From Occultella glacieicola (GTDB taxonomy: Bacteria > Actinomycetota > Actinomycetes > Actinomycetales > Beutenbergiaceae), in contig NZ_SMNA01000002.1 of NCBI RefSeq assembly GCF_004353825.1, positions 372,001-436,000 of the forward strand: 64,000 bases of DNA. Reading direction: 5' to 3'. Each line of letters starts with the position of its first letter. Within the stretch, counting starts at the first letter, position 1. A program made the translations under genes and the position numbers. The notes beneath the pieces were generated by a model. That model saw nothing but the letters and a program-made list of their open reading frames with translations. It was not told the DNA's origin and did no database searches. Below are positions 40,962-51,079 of the stretch, one piece after another.

Positions 40962-41204
40962 ATGGAGATCACCATCGGCATCAAGAACGTCGCCCGCGAG
41001 CTGAGCCTGGAGGTCAGCGAGGACGGGGATGCCGTGGTCGCGGCGATCAACGCAGCCATCGCCAAGGCGGCCGACGGCGAGAACGGCGGGGTGCTCGACC
41101 TCACCGACACCAAGGGCCGGCGCGTGGTGGTCCCCGTGGCCGCACTCGGCTACGTGGAGATCGGCGCCGACGAGCCGCGCCGGGTCGGATTCGGCACGCT
41201 CTGA
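40962..41204 (+). CDS. DUF3107 domain protein
   Basis: MEITIGIKNVAREL...LTDTKGRRVVVP...LGYVEIG...RVGF; GAGGAG RBS. Confidence 0.93.
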   Translation: MEITIGIKNVARELSLEVSEDGDAVVAAINAAIAKAADGENGGVLDLTDTKGRRVVVPVAALGYVEIGADEPRRVGFGTL

Positions 41205-41223
41205 TCGGGGCGCCCGGTCCCCG

Positions 41224-42048
41224 ATGACCAGACGGCCCGCCTACTTCGAACCCGTCGGCACCGACCGCTACCTCCCGACCGAACACGCCGGTGGCGCCTG
41301 GCGCGACGACGAGATCCACTTCAGCCCGCTCGGCGGGCTGATCACGCACGCGATCGACCAGCACCGCGCAGGCCGGCACGACCCGGACCAGCACCCGGAC
41401 CAGCACCCGGACCAGCACGATGACGGCAAGCACCTCGGCCGGATCAGCTTCGACATCCTGGGGCGGCTCGGCACGGACGAGTGCGGGATCCGGGTCGAGA
41501 CGATCCGGCCGGGCCGGACCATCGAACTCGTCGAGGCCACCGCGAGCATCGGCGGGAGAGCGGCCGTGCTGGCCCGGGCCTGGTTCGTCGCGTCCGGCGA
41601 CACCGCGACGGTGGCCGGCGGGCAGCCGGCACCCCTGCCGGCGCCGGACCAGGCGGCCCGTCATCCGATGACGCAGCACTGGGGTGGTGGCTTCGTGACC
41701 TCCCTGGACGTGCGGGCGACGGCACCGGCCCAACCGGGCCGCACCACCGCCTGGGTGCGCACCGGCACGGACCTGGTGGCGGGTGAGCGGGTCAGCCCGC
41801 ACGCCGGCTTCATCGCCCTCGTCGACACCGCGAACGGCATCGCCGTGCGCCAGTCGCCGGCCAGGTGGATGTTCCCGAACCTCGACCTGACCCTCCACCT
41901 GCACCGGGTTCCATCCGGTGAGTGGACCGGGCTCGACACCACCGTGACGTTCGGACAAGAGGGCCTGGGGCTGACCAGCACCGTCCTGCACGACGCCTCC
42001 GGCCCCGTCGGTCGAGCGGAGCAACTCCTGACCGTGCGGCAGCTCTGA
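41224..42048 (+). CDS. Thioesterase family protein (double hot-dog)
   Basis: GAW...HFSPLGGL, IRPGRTIEL, DTANG, FPNLDLTLHLHR. Confidence 0.85.
   Translation: MTRRPAYFEPVGTDRYLPTEHAGGAWRDDEIHFSPLGGLITHAIDQHRAGRHDPDQHPDQHPDQHDDGKHLGRISFDILGRLGTDECGIRVETIRPGRTIELVEATASIGGRAAVLARAWFVASGDTATVAGGQPAPLPAPDQAARHPMTQHWGGGFVTSLDVRATAPAQPGRTTAWVRTGTDLVAGERVSPHAGFIALVDTANGIAVRQSPARWMFPNLDLTLHLHRVPSGEWTGLDTTVTFGQEGLGLTSTVLHDASGPVGRAEQLLTVRQL
41381..41416 (+). repeat. Tandem 12-mer ACCCGGACCAGC, 3 copies (PDQH repeats)
   Basis: Directly visible, in frame. Confidence 0.9.
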
Positions 42049-42272
42049 GGCACGTGCCGGGCCCCAGCACGGCGGCCGGCCGGCTGGCGCTAGACTGGTG
42101 CCGTACACGGTTGCCCGGTCGCCACTTCACTGGTAGATCACGCGGTACACGTCGGCCCCGGCCGGCAACGAATCCTTCGCGATCGGCTGCCACGACCAGG
42201 CGTCCTTCCTCTCCCCCACGCCGCGTGGGGCGGATCCGAGCGAGCGGCGCCGCCAACCGAAGGCATCCTCAG

Positions 42273-43946
42273 TTGAACGATCACGACACCACAGCTCCCG
42301 ACCTGCTCGATCCGATCGCCCCCACCGCCGAGCCGGCCGACCCCGCGGAGGCCCTCGACGACGTCGTCGGCGAGACCGTCGACGCCCCGGCCATCGACCC
42401 GCACGCGGAGGTCGCCAAGACGTTCGCCGACTTCGGCGTGGACGCCGCGATCGCGGAGGCGCTCTCCGACGTCGGGATCACGCACCCGTTCCCGATCCAG
42501 GCGCTCACCCTCCCGGTGGCCCTGCAGGGTCGCGACATCATCGGTCAGGCCAAGACCGGCACCGGCAAGACCCTCGGCTTCGGCATCCCGCTGCTGCAGG
42601 GTGTGGCCGGGCCCGGCGAGGACGGCTGGGACGCCGTCCGCGAGCAGGGCAAGCCCCAGGCGCTCGTGATCGTGCCGACCCGTGAGCTCGCGGTCCAGGT
42701 CGCCGGCGACCTGGCCACCGCCTCCCGCAAGCGGTCCGTGCGCGTGCTGCAGGTCTACGGCGGCCGCGCCTACGAGCCCCAGATCGACGCGCTCACGAAG
42801 GGCGTCGAGGTCGTCGTCGGCACCCCGGGCCGGATGATCGACCTGCTCAAGCAGGGCTACCTCGACCTCGGCCACGTGCGCACCGTGGTCCTCGACGAGG
42901 CCGACGAGATGCTCGACCTCGGCTTCCTCCCGGACGTGGAGACCCTCCTCTCCCGCACCCCGGCGAACCGCCACACGATGCTGTTCTCGGCCACCATGCC
43001 CGGCCCGGTCATCGCGATGGCCCGCCGTTACATGAGCCGTCCGACGCACATCCGCGCGCACGACCCCAACGACGACGGCGCCACCCTGAAGGCGATCAAG
43101 CAGGTGGTCTACCGCGCCCACGCCCTCGACAAGATCGAGATGCTGGCCCGCATCCTGCAGGCCAAGGAACGCGGCCTGACCATCGTGTTCACGCGCACCA
43201 AGCGGACCGCCGCGAAGGTCGCCGACGATCTGAACGACCGCAACTTCGCCGCCGCCGCGATCCACGGCGACCTCGGCCAGGGCGCACGTGAGCAGGCCCT
43301 GCGGGCCTTCCGCAACGGCAAGGTGGACGTGCTGGTGGCCACGGACGTGGCGGCCCGCGGGATCGACATCGACGACGTCACGCACGTCGTCAACTACCAG
43401 TGCCCCGAGGACGAGAAGACCTACCTGCACCGCACCGGGCGCACCGGCCGCGCCGGCAACACCGGCACCGCGGTCACGTTCGTGGACTGGGACGACGTCC
43501 CGCGCTGGGGCCTCATCGACCGCGCCCTGGAACTGGGCATCGGGGAGCCGCCGGAGACCTACTCCTCCTCGCCGCACCTGTACAGCGACCTGGAGATCCC
43601 CGAGGGTGTCAAGGGCCGGCTGCCCCGGTCCGAGCAGACCCGCGCCGGCCTGGCCGCCGAGGCCGTCGAGGATCTCGGCGAGACCGGCAAGCGGACCGGG
43701 TCGGGCGAGCGCTCCGGTCGGGGCCGCGAGGCCAAGCACGACGGCGGCCGGCCGCCCCGGGAGCGTCGCCGCCGCCGGGAGGACGGTCCGGCACGCCAGG
43801 GCGACGGCGGACCGTCGGGTTCGCCGAGCCCGTCCGGTTCGTCCGGGGCCGCCGCCGGGGACGGCCCGTCACCGGCTCGCAAGCGTCGCCGCCGCCGTAC
43901 CCGCGGCGGTCAGCCCACCACTCAGTCCGCGCCGACCGCGGAGTGA
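42273..43946 (+). CDS. DEAD-box RNA helicase (RhlE-like)
   Basis: Q motif PFPIQ, AKTGTGKT, PTREL, DEAD, SAT, ARGID, HRTGRTGR; basic C-terminal tail; TTG start approximate. Confidence 0.95.
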   Translation: MNDHDTTAPDLLDPIAPTAEPADPAEALDDVVGETVDAPAIDPHAEVAKTFADFGVDAAIAEALSDVGITHPFPIQALTLPVALQGRDIIGQAKTGTGKTLGFGIPLLQGVAGPGEDGWDAVREQGKPQALVIVPTRELAVQVAGDLATASRKRSVRVLQVYGGRAYEPQIDALTKGVEVVVGTPGRMIDLLKQGYLDLGHVRTVVLDEADEMLDLGFLPDVETLLSRTPANRHTMLFSATMPGPVIAMARRYMSRPTHIRAHDPNDDGATLKAIKQVVYRAHALDKIEMLARILQAKERGLTIVFTRTKRTAAKVADDLNDRNFAAAAIHGDLGQGAREQALRAFRNGKVDVLVATDVAARGIDIDDVTHVVNYQCPEDEKTYLHRTGRTGRAGNTGTAVTFVDWDDVPRWGLIDRALELGIGEPPETYSSSPHLYSDLEIPEGVKGRLPRSEQTRAGLAAEAVEDLGETGKRTGSGERSGRGREAKHDGGRPPRERRRRREDGPARQGDGGPSGSPSPSGSSGAAAGDGPSPARKRRRRRTRGGQPTTQSAPTAE

Positions 43947-43977
43947 GGGCGGCCTGAGCATCGTCCACAGCAAGCGC

Positions 43978-44044
43978 GCTGAGATAGGACCTGACACGTC
44001 GACCTCGACCGTCCCGACGTCCTAGCTCAGCACGGCAGGTCCTA
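43978..44044. repeat. Intergenic palindromic (REP/MITE-like) element
   Basis: GCTGAGATAGGAC (43978-43990) versus GTCCTAGCTCAGC (44019-44031); second arm CAGGTCCTA (44036-44044). Confidence 0.55.
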
Positions 44045-44107
44045 GGTCACCGCACGGTGTGCGGGGGCCCGGCGGAAGCGCGCGCGGCGCCCGCCGCGGC
44101 CGGCGCC

Positions 44108-44725
44108 TCAGGCCGCCTCGATGAACGCCTGGATGGCGTCCGCGATGAGCTGCACGGCGATCGCCGCGAGCAGCAGGCCGGCGATCCGGGTGACCAGGAG
44201 GGTGCCGCCGTCGCCGAGGACCCGGTGGATGATCCCGGCGAACCGCATCGCCAGGAACAGGGACAGGTGCACCGCCACGATCGCGAGCAGGATCGCGACC
44301 CAGTCCGCGACGCTGCCGTCCGAGCCCTGCACGGCGAGCATCGAGGCCACGATCGCCCCCGGCCCGGCCAGCAGCGGCGTACCCAGCGGCACCAGGGCGA
44401 CGTTGACCTTGCCGGAGGCCTGTGGTTCCTCGGTCTTGCCGGTGAGCAGGTCCATCGCCACCAGCAGCAGGAGCAGTCCACCCGAGGCCTGCAGGGCGGG
44501 TACCGAGATGTGCAGGAAGTTCAGGATCCCCTGACCGAACAGGACGAACGCGAGGATCACCCCGAACGCCACGAGCACCGCCTGGCGGGCCGCCCGGGCG
44601 CGCTGCTTCGCGGTCATCGTGGACGTGAGGGCGAGGAACACCGGCACCGTGCCGGGTGGGTCCATGATCACGAACAGGGTCAGGAACGTGGTCAGGAAGA
44701 GGGTGCCGTCCAGGACCGCGCTCAC
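44108..44725 (-). CDS. MarC family membrane protein
   Basis: LFVIMDPPG, VPLGTPLLAGPGAI, TRIAGLLLAAIAVQ. Confidence 0.93.
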   Translation of the reverse strand: MSAVLDGTLFLTTFLTLFVIMDPPGTVPVFLALTSTMTAKQRARAARQAVLVAFGVILAFVLFGQGILNFLHISVPALQASGGLLLLLVAMDLLTGKTEEPQASGKVNVALVPLGTPLLAGPGAIVASMLAVQGSDGSVADWVAILLAIVAVHLSLFLAMRFAGIIHRVLGDGGTLLVTRIAGLLLAAIAVQLIADAIQAFIEAA

Positions 44726-45564
44726 GGCCGGACCACCGGCATCCGCCCCTGCTCCTCGATCCGGGCCAGCACCTGCGGGTCGGTCGTGTGCTCGCCGAGC
44801 CGGTTCGGCTTGCCGGCGCCGTGGTAGTCGCTCGAGCCGGTCACGAACAGGCCGAGCTCATCGGCGAGCGCGAGCAGTTCGGCGACGGCGGCCGGGGCGT
44901 GGTCGCGGTGGTGCACCTCGAGCCCGGCGAGGCCGGCCCCGGCCATCTCCCGGATCACGTCGTCGCCGACCACGCGCCCGCGCAGGACCGCGCGGGGGTG
45001 CGCGAACACGGGCACGCCACCGGCGCCGCGGACGAGACCGACCGCGGCGACGGCGTCGGGCGCGTGATAACGGACGTAGTACGGCCCCGCGGGCGACAGG
45101 ACGCGCTCGAACGCGGCGGAGCGGTCCGTCAGGTATCCCTTCGCCACCAGGGCATCGGCGATGTGCGGGCGCCCGATGGTGGTCCCCGGCTGTGCCTGCG
45201 CCTGCACGTCCGCCCAAGTGAGCTCGTAGTCCACGGCGAGGCGGGTGACCATGTCCTGGGCGCGGGTGTCGCGCGAACCCCGGGACGCCAGCAGCTGCGC
45301 GACAAGCGCCGGGTCGTCGGGGTCGTGCAGATAGCTGAGCAGGTGCACGCTCATCCGGCCGGCCCGGGCGGAGATCTCCGTGCCGCGGACCAGGGCCACC
45401 CCGGTGGCGGGGACGGCGTCGGCGGCCTCGGCCCAGCCGGCGGTCGTGTCGTGGTCGGTGAGGGCCACCACGTCCAGGCCGGCCGCCGCGGCGTCGCGCA
45501 TCAGAGTGGCCGGCGCGTCGGTGCCGTCGGACACGCGTGAGTGCGTGTGCAGATCGATGCGCAT
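44722..45564 (-). CDS. PHP domain metal-dependent phosphoesterase (TrpH/YciV-like)
   Basis: MRIDLHTHS, ALTDHD, GRPHIA, FAHP, GSSDYHG. Confidence 0.93.
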   Translation of the reverse strand: MRIDLHTHSRVSDGTDAPATLMRDAAAAGLDVVALTDHDTTAGWAEAADAVPATGVALVRGTEISARAGRMSVHLLSYLHDPDDPALVAQLLASRGSRDTRAQDMVTRLAVDYELTWADVQAQAQPGTTIGRPHIADALVAKGYLTDRSAAFERVLSPAGPYYVRYHAPDAVAAVGLVRGAGGVPVFAHPRAVLRGRVVGDDVIREMAGAGLAGLEVHHRDHAPAAVAELLALADELGLFVTGSSDYHGAGKPNRLGEHTTDPQVLARIEEQGRMPVVRP

Positions 45565-45647
45565 GGGACCCCAGACTAGGTCCTCGGCGACCCTGAATCC
45601 CACCACGTGAGACGCGCACGGGCGGGCAGCAATGAGACGATGAGCAC

Positions 45648-47150
45648 ATGATGTCCGAGCCGACCCCCGAGACCACCCCCACCGCCAGCGAACAGGACCT
45701 CACCGACCGAGGCTCGAACCGCTCCCAGCGACCCCAGTCCCAGGCGTTCCGGGAGTTCGTGGCCGCCGACTGGGCGCCGCGGGCCGAGCCGGACGTGGCC
45801 CGGGACCCGGTGGCCGATCACGCCGCCCGCCGCCGGGAGTCGATCTCGGCCACGTTCGCCGGCGACCGGCTCGTGGTGCCGGCCGGCGGCCTGAAGGTGC
45901 GCTCGAACGACACCGACTACCGGTTCCGTCCGCACTCGGCGTTCGCACACCTGACCGGCCTCGGCTCCGACGAGGAGCCGGACGCGGTCCTGGTGTTGCA
46001 CCCCGAGGACTCCGGACACGAGGCGGTGCTGTACTTCCGCCCGCTCGCCGCGCGGGACACCGAGGAGTTCTACGCCGACGCCCGCTATGGCGAGTTCTGG
46101 GTCGGAGCGCGCCCCACCCTGGCCGAGCTCGAGACCCGCACCGGGCTGCGCTGCGCCCACATCGACGAACTCCGTGACGCCCTCGCCAAGGACGCCGGCC
46201 AGGTCCGTCTCCGGGTGGTACCCGGCTCGGATGCTGCGGTCGAGGCACTGGTGGAGGAGATCCGCGGCGAGGCGACCGAGGAGGCCGACGACGCCCTGGC
46301 CGAGGCGCTCTCCGAGCTGCGGCTGGTCAAGGACCCCTGGGAGGTCGAGCAGCTGCGCGCGGCGGTGGCCGCCTCCGTCGAGGGGTTCGCCGACATCGTC
46401 CGGGCGCTGCCGGACGCGGTGGCCCACCGGCGCGGTGAGCGCGTCATCGAGGGGGTGTTCGGGGCGAAGGCCCGCGAGGAGGGCAACGGGATCGGGTACG
46501 ACACGATCGCCGCGGCCGGGGACCACGCCACCACGCTGCACTGGATCCGCAACGACGGTGCCGTGCGCGCCGGTGAACTGGTGCTCGTCGACGCCGGCGT
46601 GGAGGTGGACTCGCTGTACACCGCGGACGTCACCCGCACCCTGCCGGTCGACGGCACGTTCACCGACATCCAGCGCACCATCTACACGGCGGTGCTGGAC
46701 GCCGCGGACGCCGCGTTCGCCGTCGCCCGTCCGGGCCTGAAGTTCCGGGACCTGCACACCGCCGCCCTCGAGGTCCTCGCGGACCGGCTCGAACGGTGGG
46801 GCCTGCTCCCGGTCGAGGCCGCGGTCGCGATCACCCCGGAGGGGCAGCAGCACCGCCGGTGGATGCCGCACGGCACCAGCCACCACCTCGGCCTGGACGT
46901 GCACGACTGTGCGCAGGCCCGGCGGGAGATGTACCTGGACGCCGAGCTCGTCCCGGGCATGGTCTTCACGATCGAGCCCGGCCTGTACTTCAAGGCGGAC
47001 GATCTGGCGATCCCGCCGGAGTACCGGGGCATCGGCGTGCGGATCGAGGACGACGTCCTGGTCACGGCCGACGGCGTGGAGAACCTCTCCGCCGCACTGC
47101 CCCGCCGTCCGGAGGACGTCGAGGCCTGGATGGCGTCCCTGGCCCGGTGA
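45648..47150 (+). CDS. pepP: Xaa-Pro aminopeptidase (M24B)
   Basis: DAGVE, YTADVTRT, HGTSHHLGLDVHD, TIEPGLY, GVRIEDD. Confidence 0.93.
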   Translation: MMSEPTPETTPTASEQDLTDRGSNRSQRPQSQAFREFVAADWAPRAEPDVARDPVADHAARRRESISATFAGDRLVVPAGGLKVRSNDTDYRFRPHSAFAHLTGLGSDEEPDAVLVLHPEDSGHEAVLYFRPLAARDTEEFYADARYGEFWVGARPTLAELETRTGLRCAHIDELRDALAKDAGQVRLRVVPGSDAAVEALVEEIRGEATEEADDALAEALSELRLVKDPWEVEQLRAAVAASVEGFADIVRALPDAVAHRRGERVIEGVFGAKAREEGNGIGYDTIAAAGDHATTLHWIRNDGAVRAGELVLVDAGVEVDSLYTADVTRTLPVDGTFTDIQRTIYTAVLDAADAAFAVARPGLKFRDLHTAALEVLADRLERWGLLPVEAAVAITPEGQQHRRWMPHGTSHHLGLDVHDCAQARREMYLDAELVPGMVFTIEPGLYFKADDLAIPPEYRGIGVRIEDDVLVTADGVENLSAALPRRPEDVEAWMASLAR

Positions 47151-48595
47151 GCACCGCCGTCACCGGGGCCGACGAACGTCCGGTCCACGGCGCCGCGGGC
47201 GCCGCCGCCTATCGCCCGCCCCGGCGCGCGCACCTGCTGATGGCGAGCACCGCCGTCGGGCTGGTCACGACGCTCCTGTACACCGTGTTCTCCTGGCGGC
47301 AGTGGGCGCGGTTCCAGGTGCCGTCCTGGGACCTGGGCATCTTCACCCAGATCCTGCGGGCCTACTCCGAGGGCCGGGCCCCGGTGGTGCCGATCAAGGG
47401 CGAGGGCTTCATGATCCTCGGCGACCACTTCCACCCGCTGCTGGTGGTCCTGGCGCCGGTGTACGCGGCGTTCCCGTCCGGCCTGACCCTGCTCGCGGCG
47501 CAGGCGGTGCTGGTCGGGATCTCGGCCGTGGTCGTGACCTGGTGCGCGGTCCGGCACCTCGGGCGGCTGCCCGGGACCACTCTGGGGCTCGCCTACGGGC
47601 TGTCCTGGGGGCTGCAGTCCGCGGTCGCGTCGCAGTTCCACGAGGTGGCCCTGGCGCTGCCGTTCCTGGCGCTGTCCCTGGCCGCGCTGGTCCGCCGGGA
47701 CCACCGGGCCGCGGCGCTGTGGGCGCTGCCGATGGTGCTGATCAAGGAGGACCTCGGGCTCACGGTGGCCGCGATCGGCGTGGTCATCGTGATCCGCGGC
47801 TCCCGCCGGCTCGGCGCCGCCCTCGCGGTGGGTGGCGTGGCCGCGTTCGTGATCACCACGAGGGTGGTCCTGCCCGCCCTCAACCCGGACGGCGTCTGGG
47901 ACTACGCGGACGACTCGATCGTCTCGGTGCTGTTCACCGATCCCGGCGCAGCCCTCAACGGGCTGTTCACCGGCGTCGGCCACAAGGCCGCCCTGGTGCT
48001 GCTGGTGTTCGGGGTCACCGGGTTCCTGGCGCTGCGCTCACCGCTGGCGCTGATCACGTTGCCGACGTTCGCGTGGCGGCTGACCTCGGACGTGCCGTTC
48101 CACTGGAGCGCCGACTGGCACTACTCGGCGGTGCTGATGCCGATCGTCTTCCTCGCGGTGGTCGACACGTTCGTGACGGCGCGCGGGGCGCGGCGGTTCG
48201 CGGCCCCGGTGGGCATCGGGGCCCTGATCCTGGCGCTCGTGATCACCGTGTGGTTCCCCTTGTGGAAGTTGACCGAACCGGAGACCTACGCGCCGTCCCA
48301 CCAGGATGCGGCGGCCCGCCAGGTGCTCGAGCTCATCGGCGACGGGGCGGTGGTGGACACCGACATCACGATGATGGCCTATCTCGCCCCCCGGGCCGAC
48401 GTCTACTGGGTCGGCAACGAGGGCAACCCGGTCCCGGACTACGTGGTGGTCAACCGGCAGTCCGGGATCTACGGCGGGAACCCGCCGTCGGACGTCGTCG
48501 AGTACGCCACCTCGAAGTTTCCCGGGGAGACGTTCGTGGAGGTGCTCGACTCCGACGGATTCCTTGTGGCCGAGCACGTGCCGCAGGCCAACTGA
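47147..48595 (+). CDS. DUF2079 domain membrane protein (GT-C-like)
   Basis: WDLGIFTQ, LGDHFHP, FHEVA, IKED, WHYSA; GTGA overlap with pepP. Confidence 0.82.
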   Translation: MSTAVTGADERPVHGAAGAAAYRPPRRAHLLMASTAVGLVTTLLYTVFSWRQWARFQVPSWDLGIFTQILRAYSEGRAPVVPIKGEGFMILGDHFHPLLVVLAPVYAAFPSGLTLLAAQAVLVGISAVVVTWCAVRHLGRLPGTTLGLAYGLSWGLQSAVASQFHEVALALPFLALSLAALVRRDHRAAALWALPMVLIKEDLGLTVAAIGVVIVIRGSRRLGAALAVGGVAAFVITTRVVLPALNPDGVWDYADDSIVSVLFTDPGAALNGLFTGVGHKAALVLLVFGVTGFLALRSPLALITLPTFAWRLTSDVPFHWSADWHYSAVLMPIVFLAVVDTFVTARGARRFAAPVGIGALILALVITVWFPLWKLTEPETYAPSHQDAAARQVLELIGDGAVVDTDITMMAYLAPRADVYWVGNEGNPVPDYVVVNRQSGIYGGNPPSDVVEYATSKFPGETFVEVLDSDGFLVAEHVPQAN

Positions 48596-48651
48596 CCCGG
48601 TCTCACGTGGACCCGTGGTGAGCGGTGCGGCGGTCCGCCGAGCGGCGGGCC

Positions 48652-49155
48652 TCAGCGACCGAGCGGGTCCTGCTGCGGCGGGAGTTCCTGCAGGAGCGCC
48701 CGGGCCTGGTGGGCGGTCTCGGCGAGGCAGAGGACCGCGAACTTGCTGGCCACCACCTGAGAGGAGGAGGTGAAGTCGCGCCGGCCGCCGGTGAACGCGT
48801 AGGACACCACCGCGAACAGCATCCCGAAGCCGGCACCGATGAGCAGCGCCGGCACGATCGTGGTCAGCAGCGATCCGGTGCCGAACAGCGAGAGCAGCAG
48901 GCCGACGAACAGACCGAAGTACGCACCGGAGGCCGCACCCTGCAGCGCCACCGACGGGTACGTGCGCCGGCCGGTGATCCGCTCGACCATCTTCAGGTCG
49001 GTGCCGACGATGGTCACCGCCTTCACCCCGAACTCCTTGTCGGCGAGGAAATCGACCGCGCGCTGCGCCTCGAGGTAGGTGTCGTAGCTGGCGATCTCGT
49101 CGCCACGCGGCTGGATCCCCCCACGCGGGTCGGTCGGCGTTCCCATGGATGGCAT
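48652..49155 (-). CDS. General stress protein 17M-like membrane protein
   Basis: ASYDTYLEAQRAVDFLAD, IVGTDLKMVERITGR, RRDFTS. Confidence 0.85.
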   Translation of the reverse strand: MPSMGTPTDPRGGIQPRGDEIASYDTYLEAQRAVDFLADKEFGVKAVTIVGTDLKMVERITGRRTYPSVALQGAASGAYFGLFVGLLLSLFGTGSLLTTIVPALLIGAGFGMLFAVVSYAFTGGRRDFTSSSQVVASKFAVLCLAETAHQARALLQELPPQQDPLGR

Positions 49156-49230
49156 GGGGACATTCTCCCCCGTCGGTGTCGCGGCTGTCACCTCGGGCCC
49201 CCATAGGGTCGCTGGCATAGGCTGACGGCC

Positions 49231-50511
49231 GTGAGCAATGCGACGAGCCGGGTGTACGTGGCCCGCCTGGCCGGGACCGGCGTCTTCGACCCGCTCGGGG
49301 ACCGGGTGGGCCGGGTCCATGACGTCGTGGTGCTGCTCCGGGTCAAACTGCCACCGCGGGCGGTCGGCCTGGTGGTGGAGGTCCCGGGCCGACGGCGGGT
49401 GTTCCTGCCGCTCTCACGCGTCACCTCGATCGACCAGGGTGCCGTGATCACGACCGGCCTGGTGAACATCCGGCGGTTCGAGCAGCGCGCGGCGGAGACC
49501 CTGGTCGTGAGCCAGCTGTTCGACCGACACGTCACGATGCTCGACGGCTCCGGGCAGGTGGCCATCGAGGATGCGGCCATCGAGCAGCAGCGCAACCGGG
49601 ACTGGCTGGTCACGAAGCTGTTCGTGCGCCGACGGGCTCCCTCCAAGGGCGGACTGTTCCGCCGCGGCGAGTCGATGGTCATCGACGTCGGCGCCGTACA
49701 GGGGCTCGCCCCGACGGAGTCGCAGCAGGGCGCCACCGCCCTGTTGGCGACGATGGAGGACCTCAAGCCGGCCGACCTCGCGGACGTGCTGCACGACCTA
49801 CCGGACCGGCGCCGGCTCGAGGTCGCCGCGGCGCTGCCGGACGAGCGCCTGGCCGACGTCCTGGAGGAGCTCGGCGACGACGACCGGGTTTCGATCGTCT
49901 CCGCCCTGACCGCGGACCGCGCCGCCGACGTGCTCGATGCGATGCAGCCCGATGACGCCGCCGACCTGATCTCCGAGCTGCCCACCCAGCAGGCGTCCGA
50001 GCTGCTCGAGCTGATGGAGCCCGAGGAGGCCGAGGACGTCCGCCGCCTGCTCGTCTACGCCGACCACAGCGCGGGTGGTCTGATGACCACGGAACCGATC
50101 ATCCTGCCGCCGGAGGCCACCGTGGCGACGGCCCTGGCGCACGCGAGGCGCGAGGACGTCACCCCGGCCCTGGCCGCGATGGTGTTCGTGGTCCGCCCCC
50201 CGCTGGAGACCCCGACCGGGCGGCTGCTCGGCGTGGCGCACCTGCAACGGATGCTGCGCGAGCCCCCGCACGAGGCGATCGGGACGTTCCTGGACAAGGA
50301 CATCGAGCCGGTCAGCCCGCACGCCGGCATCGGGTCGCTGACCCGGCTGCTGGCCACCTACAACCTCACGGCGCTGCCGGTGGTCGACGAGGAGCGGCGA
50401 CTCCTGGGCGCGGTGAGCGTCGACGACGTGCTCGACCACCTGCTGCCGGAGGACTGGCGCGAGGCCGACGACGACGTGACCGACCGGGCGATGGGGGGCG
50501 CTCATGGCTGA
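49231..50511 (+). CDS. MgtE N-terminal / CBS domain protein
   Basis: PRC-barrel-like N-terminus, MQPDDAADL, AGGLMTTE, GAVSVDDVLD. Confidence 0.9.
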   Translation: MSNATSRVYVARLAGTGVFDPLGDRVGRVHDVVVLLRVKLPPRAVGLVVEVPGRRRVFLPLSRVTSIDQGAVITTGLVNIRRFEQRAAETLVVSQLFDRHVTMLDGSGQVAIEDAAIEQQRNRDWLVTKLFVRRRAPSKGGLFRRGESMVIDVGAVQGLAPTESQQGATALLATMEDLKPADLADVLHDLPDRRRLEVAAALPDERLADVLEELGDDDRVSIVSALTADRAADVLDAMQPDDAADLISELPTQQASELLELMEPEEAEDVRRLLVYADHSAGGLMTTEPIILPPEATVATALAHARREDVTPALAAMVFVVRPPLETPTGRLLGVAHLQRMLREPPHEAIGTFLDKDIEPVSPHAGIGSLTRLLATYNLTALPVVDEERRLLGAVSVDDVLDHLLPEDWREADDDVTDRAMGGAHG

Positions 50512-51016
50512 CGACGACGGCCTGGCCGTCCCGCTCTCGGCGCGGCGTCGCTGGCTGCCCCGGCGCACCGAACGGGACAAGGACACGTTCGGGAAGGTCG
50601 CCGAGGGGATCGCCACGTTCATGGGCACCCCGCGGTTCCTGCTGTACATGACGGTCTTCTGCTTCGCGTGGCTGGCCTGGAACACCCTCGCCCCCGAGCA
50701 CCTGCAGTTCGACCCGCGGGCCCTGAACTTCACGCTGCTCACCCTGATGCTCTCGCTGCAGGCGTCCTACTCCGCCCCGCTGATCCTGCTCGCCCAGGAC
50801 CGGCAGGCGGACCGGGACCGGGTCTCGGCCGAGCAGGACCGCCGCCGGGCCGAGCGCAACCTGGCCGACACCGAGTACCTGGCTCGCGAGATGGCGGCGC
50901 TGCGGATGGCGCTGAACGACGTGGCCACCCGGGACTTCGTCCGCGGTGAACTGCGCTCCTTGCTGGAGGAGATCCAGGCTGAGCGGGCCGAGGAGCCCGC
51001 CGAGGACGCGGGCTGA
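50504..51016 (+). CDS. DUF1003 domain membrane protein
   Basis: FMGTPRF, FDP, LSLQASYSAPLILLAQ. Confidence 0.92.
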   Translation: MADDDGLAVPLSARRRWLPRRTERDKDTFGKVAEGIATFMGTPRFLLYMTVFCFAWLAWNTLAPEHLQFDPRALNFTLLTLMLSLQASYSAPLILLAQDRQADRDRVSAEQDRRRAERNLADTEYLAREMAALRMALNDVATRDFVRGELRSLLEEIQAERAEEPAEDAG

Positions 51017-51079
51017 GAGACCCCTCACACCCCTCCCGCCGGGGGCCGGAGGCGGTTGCGACGGGCTTAGACTCGACGC

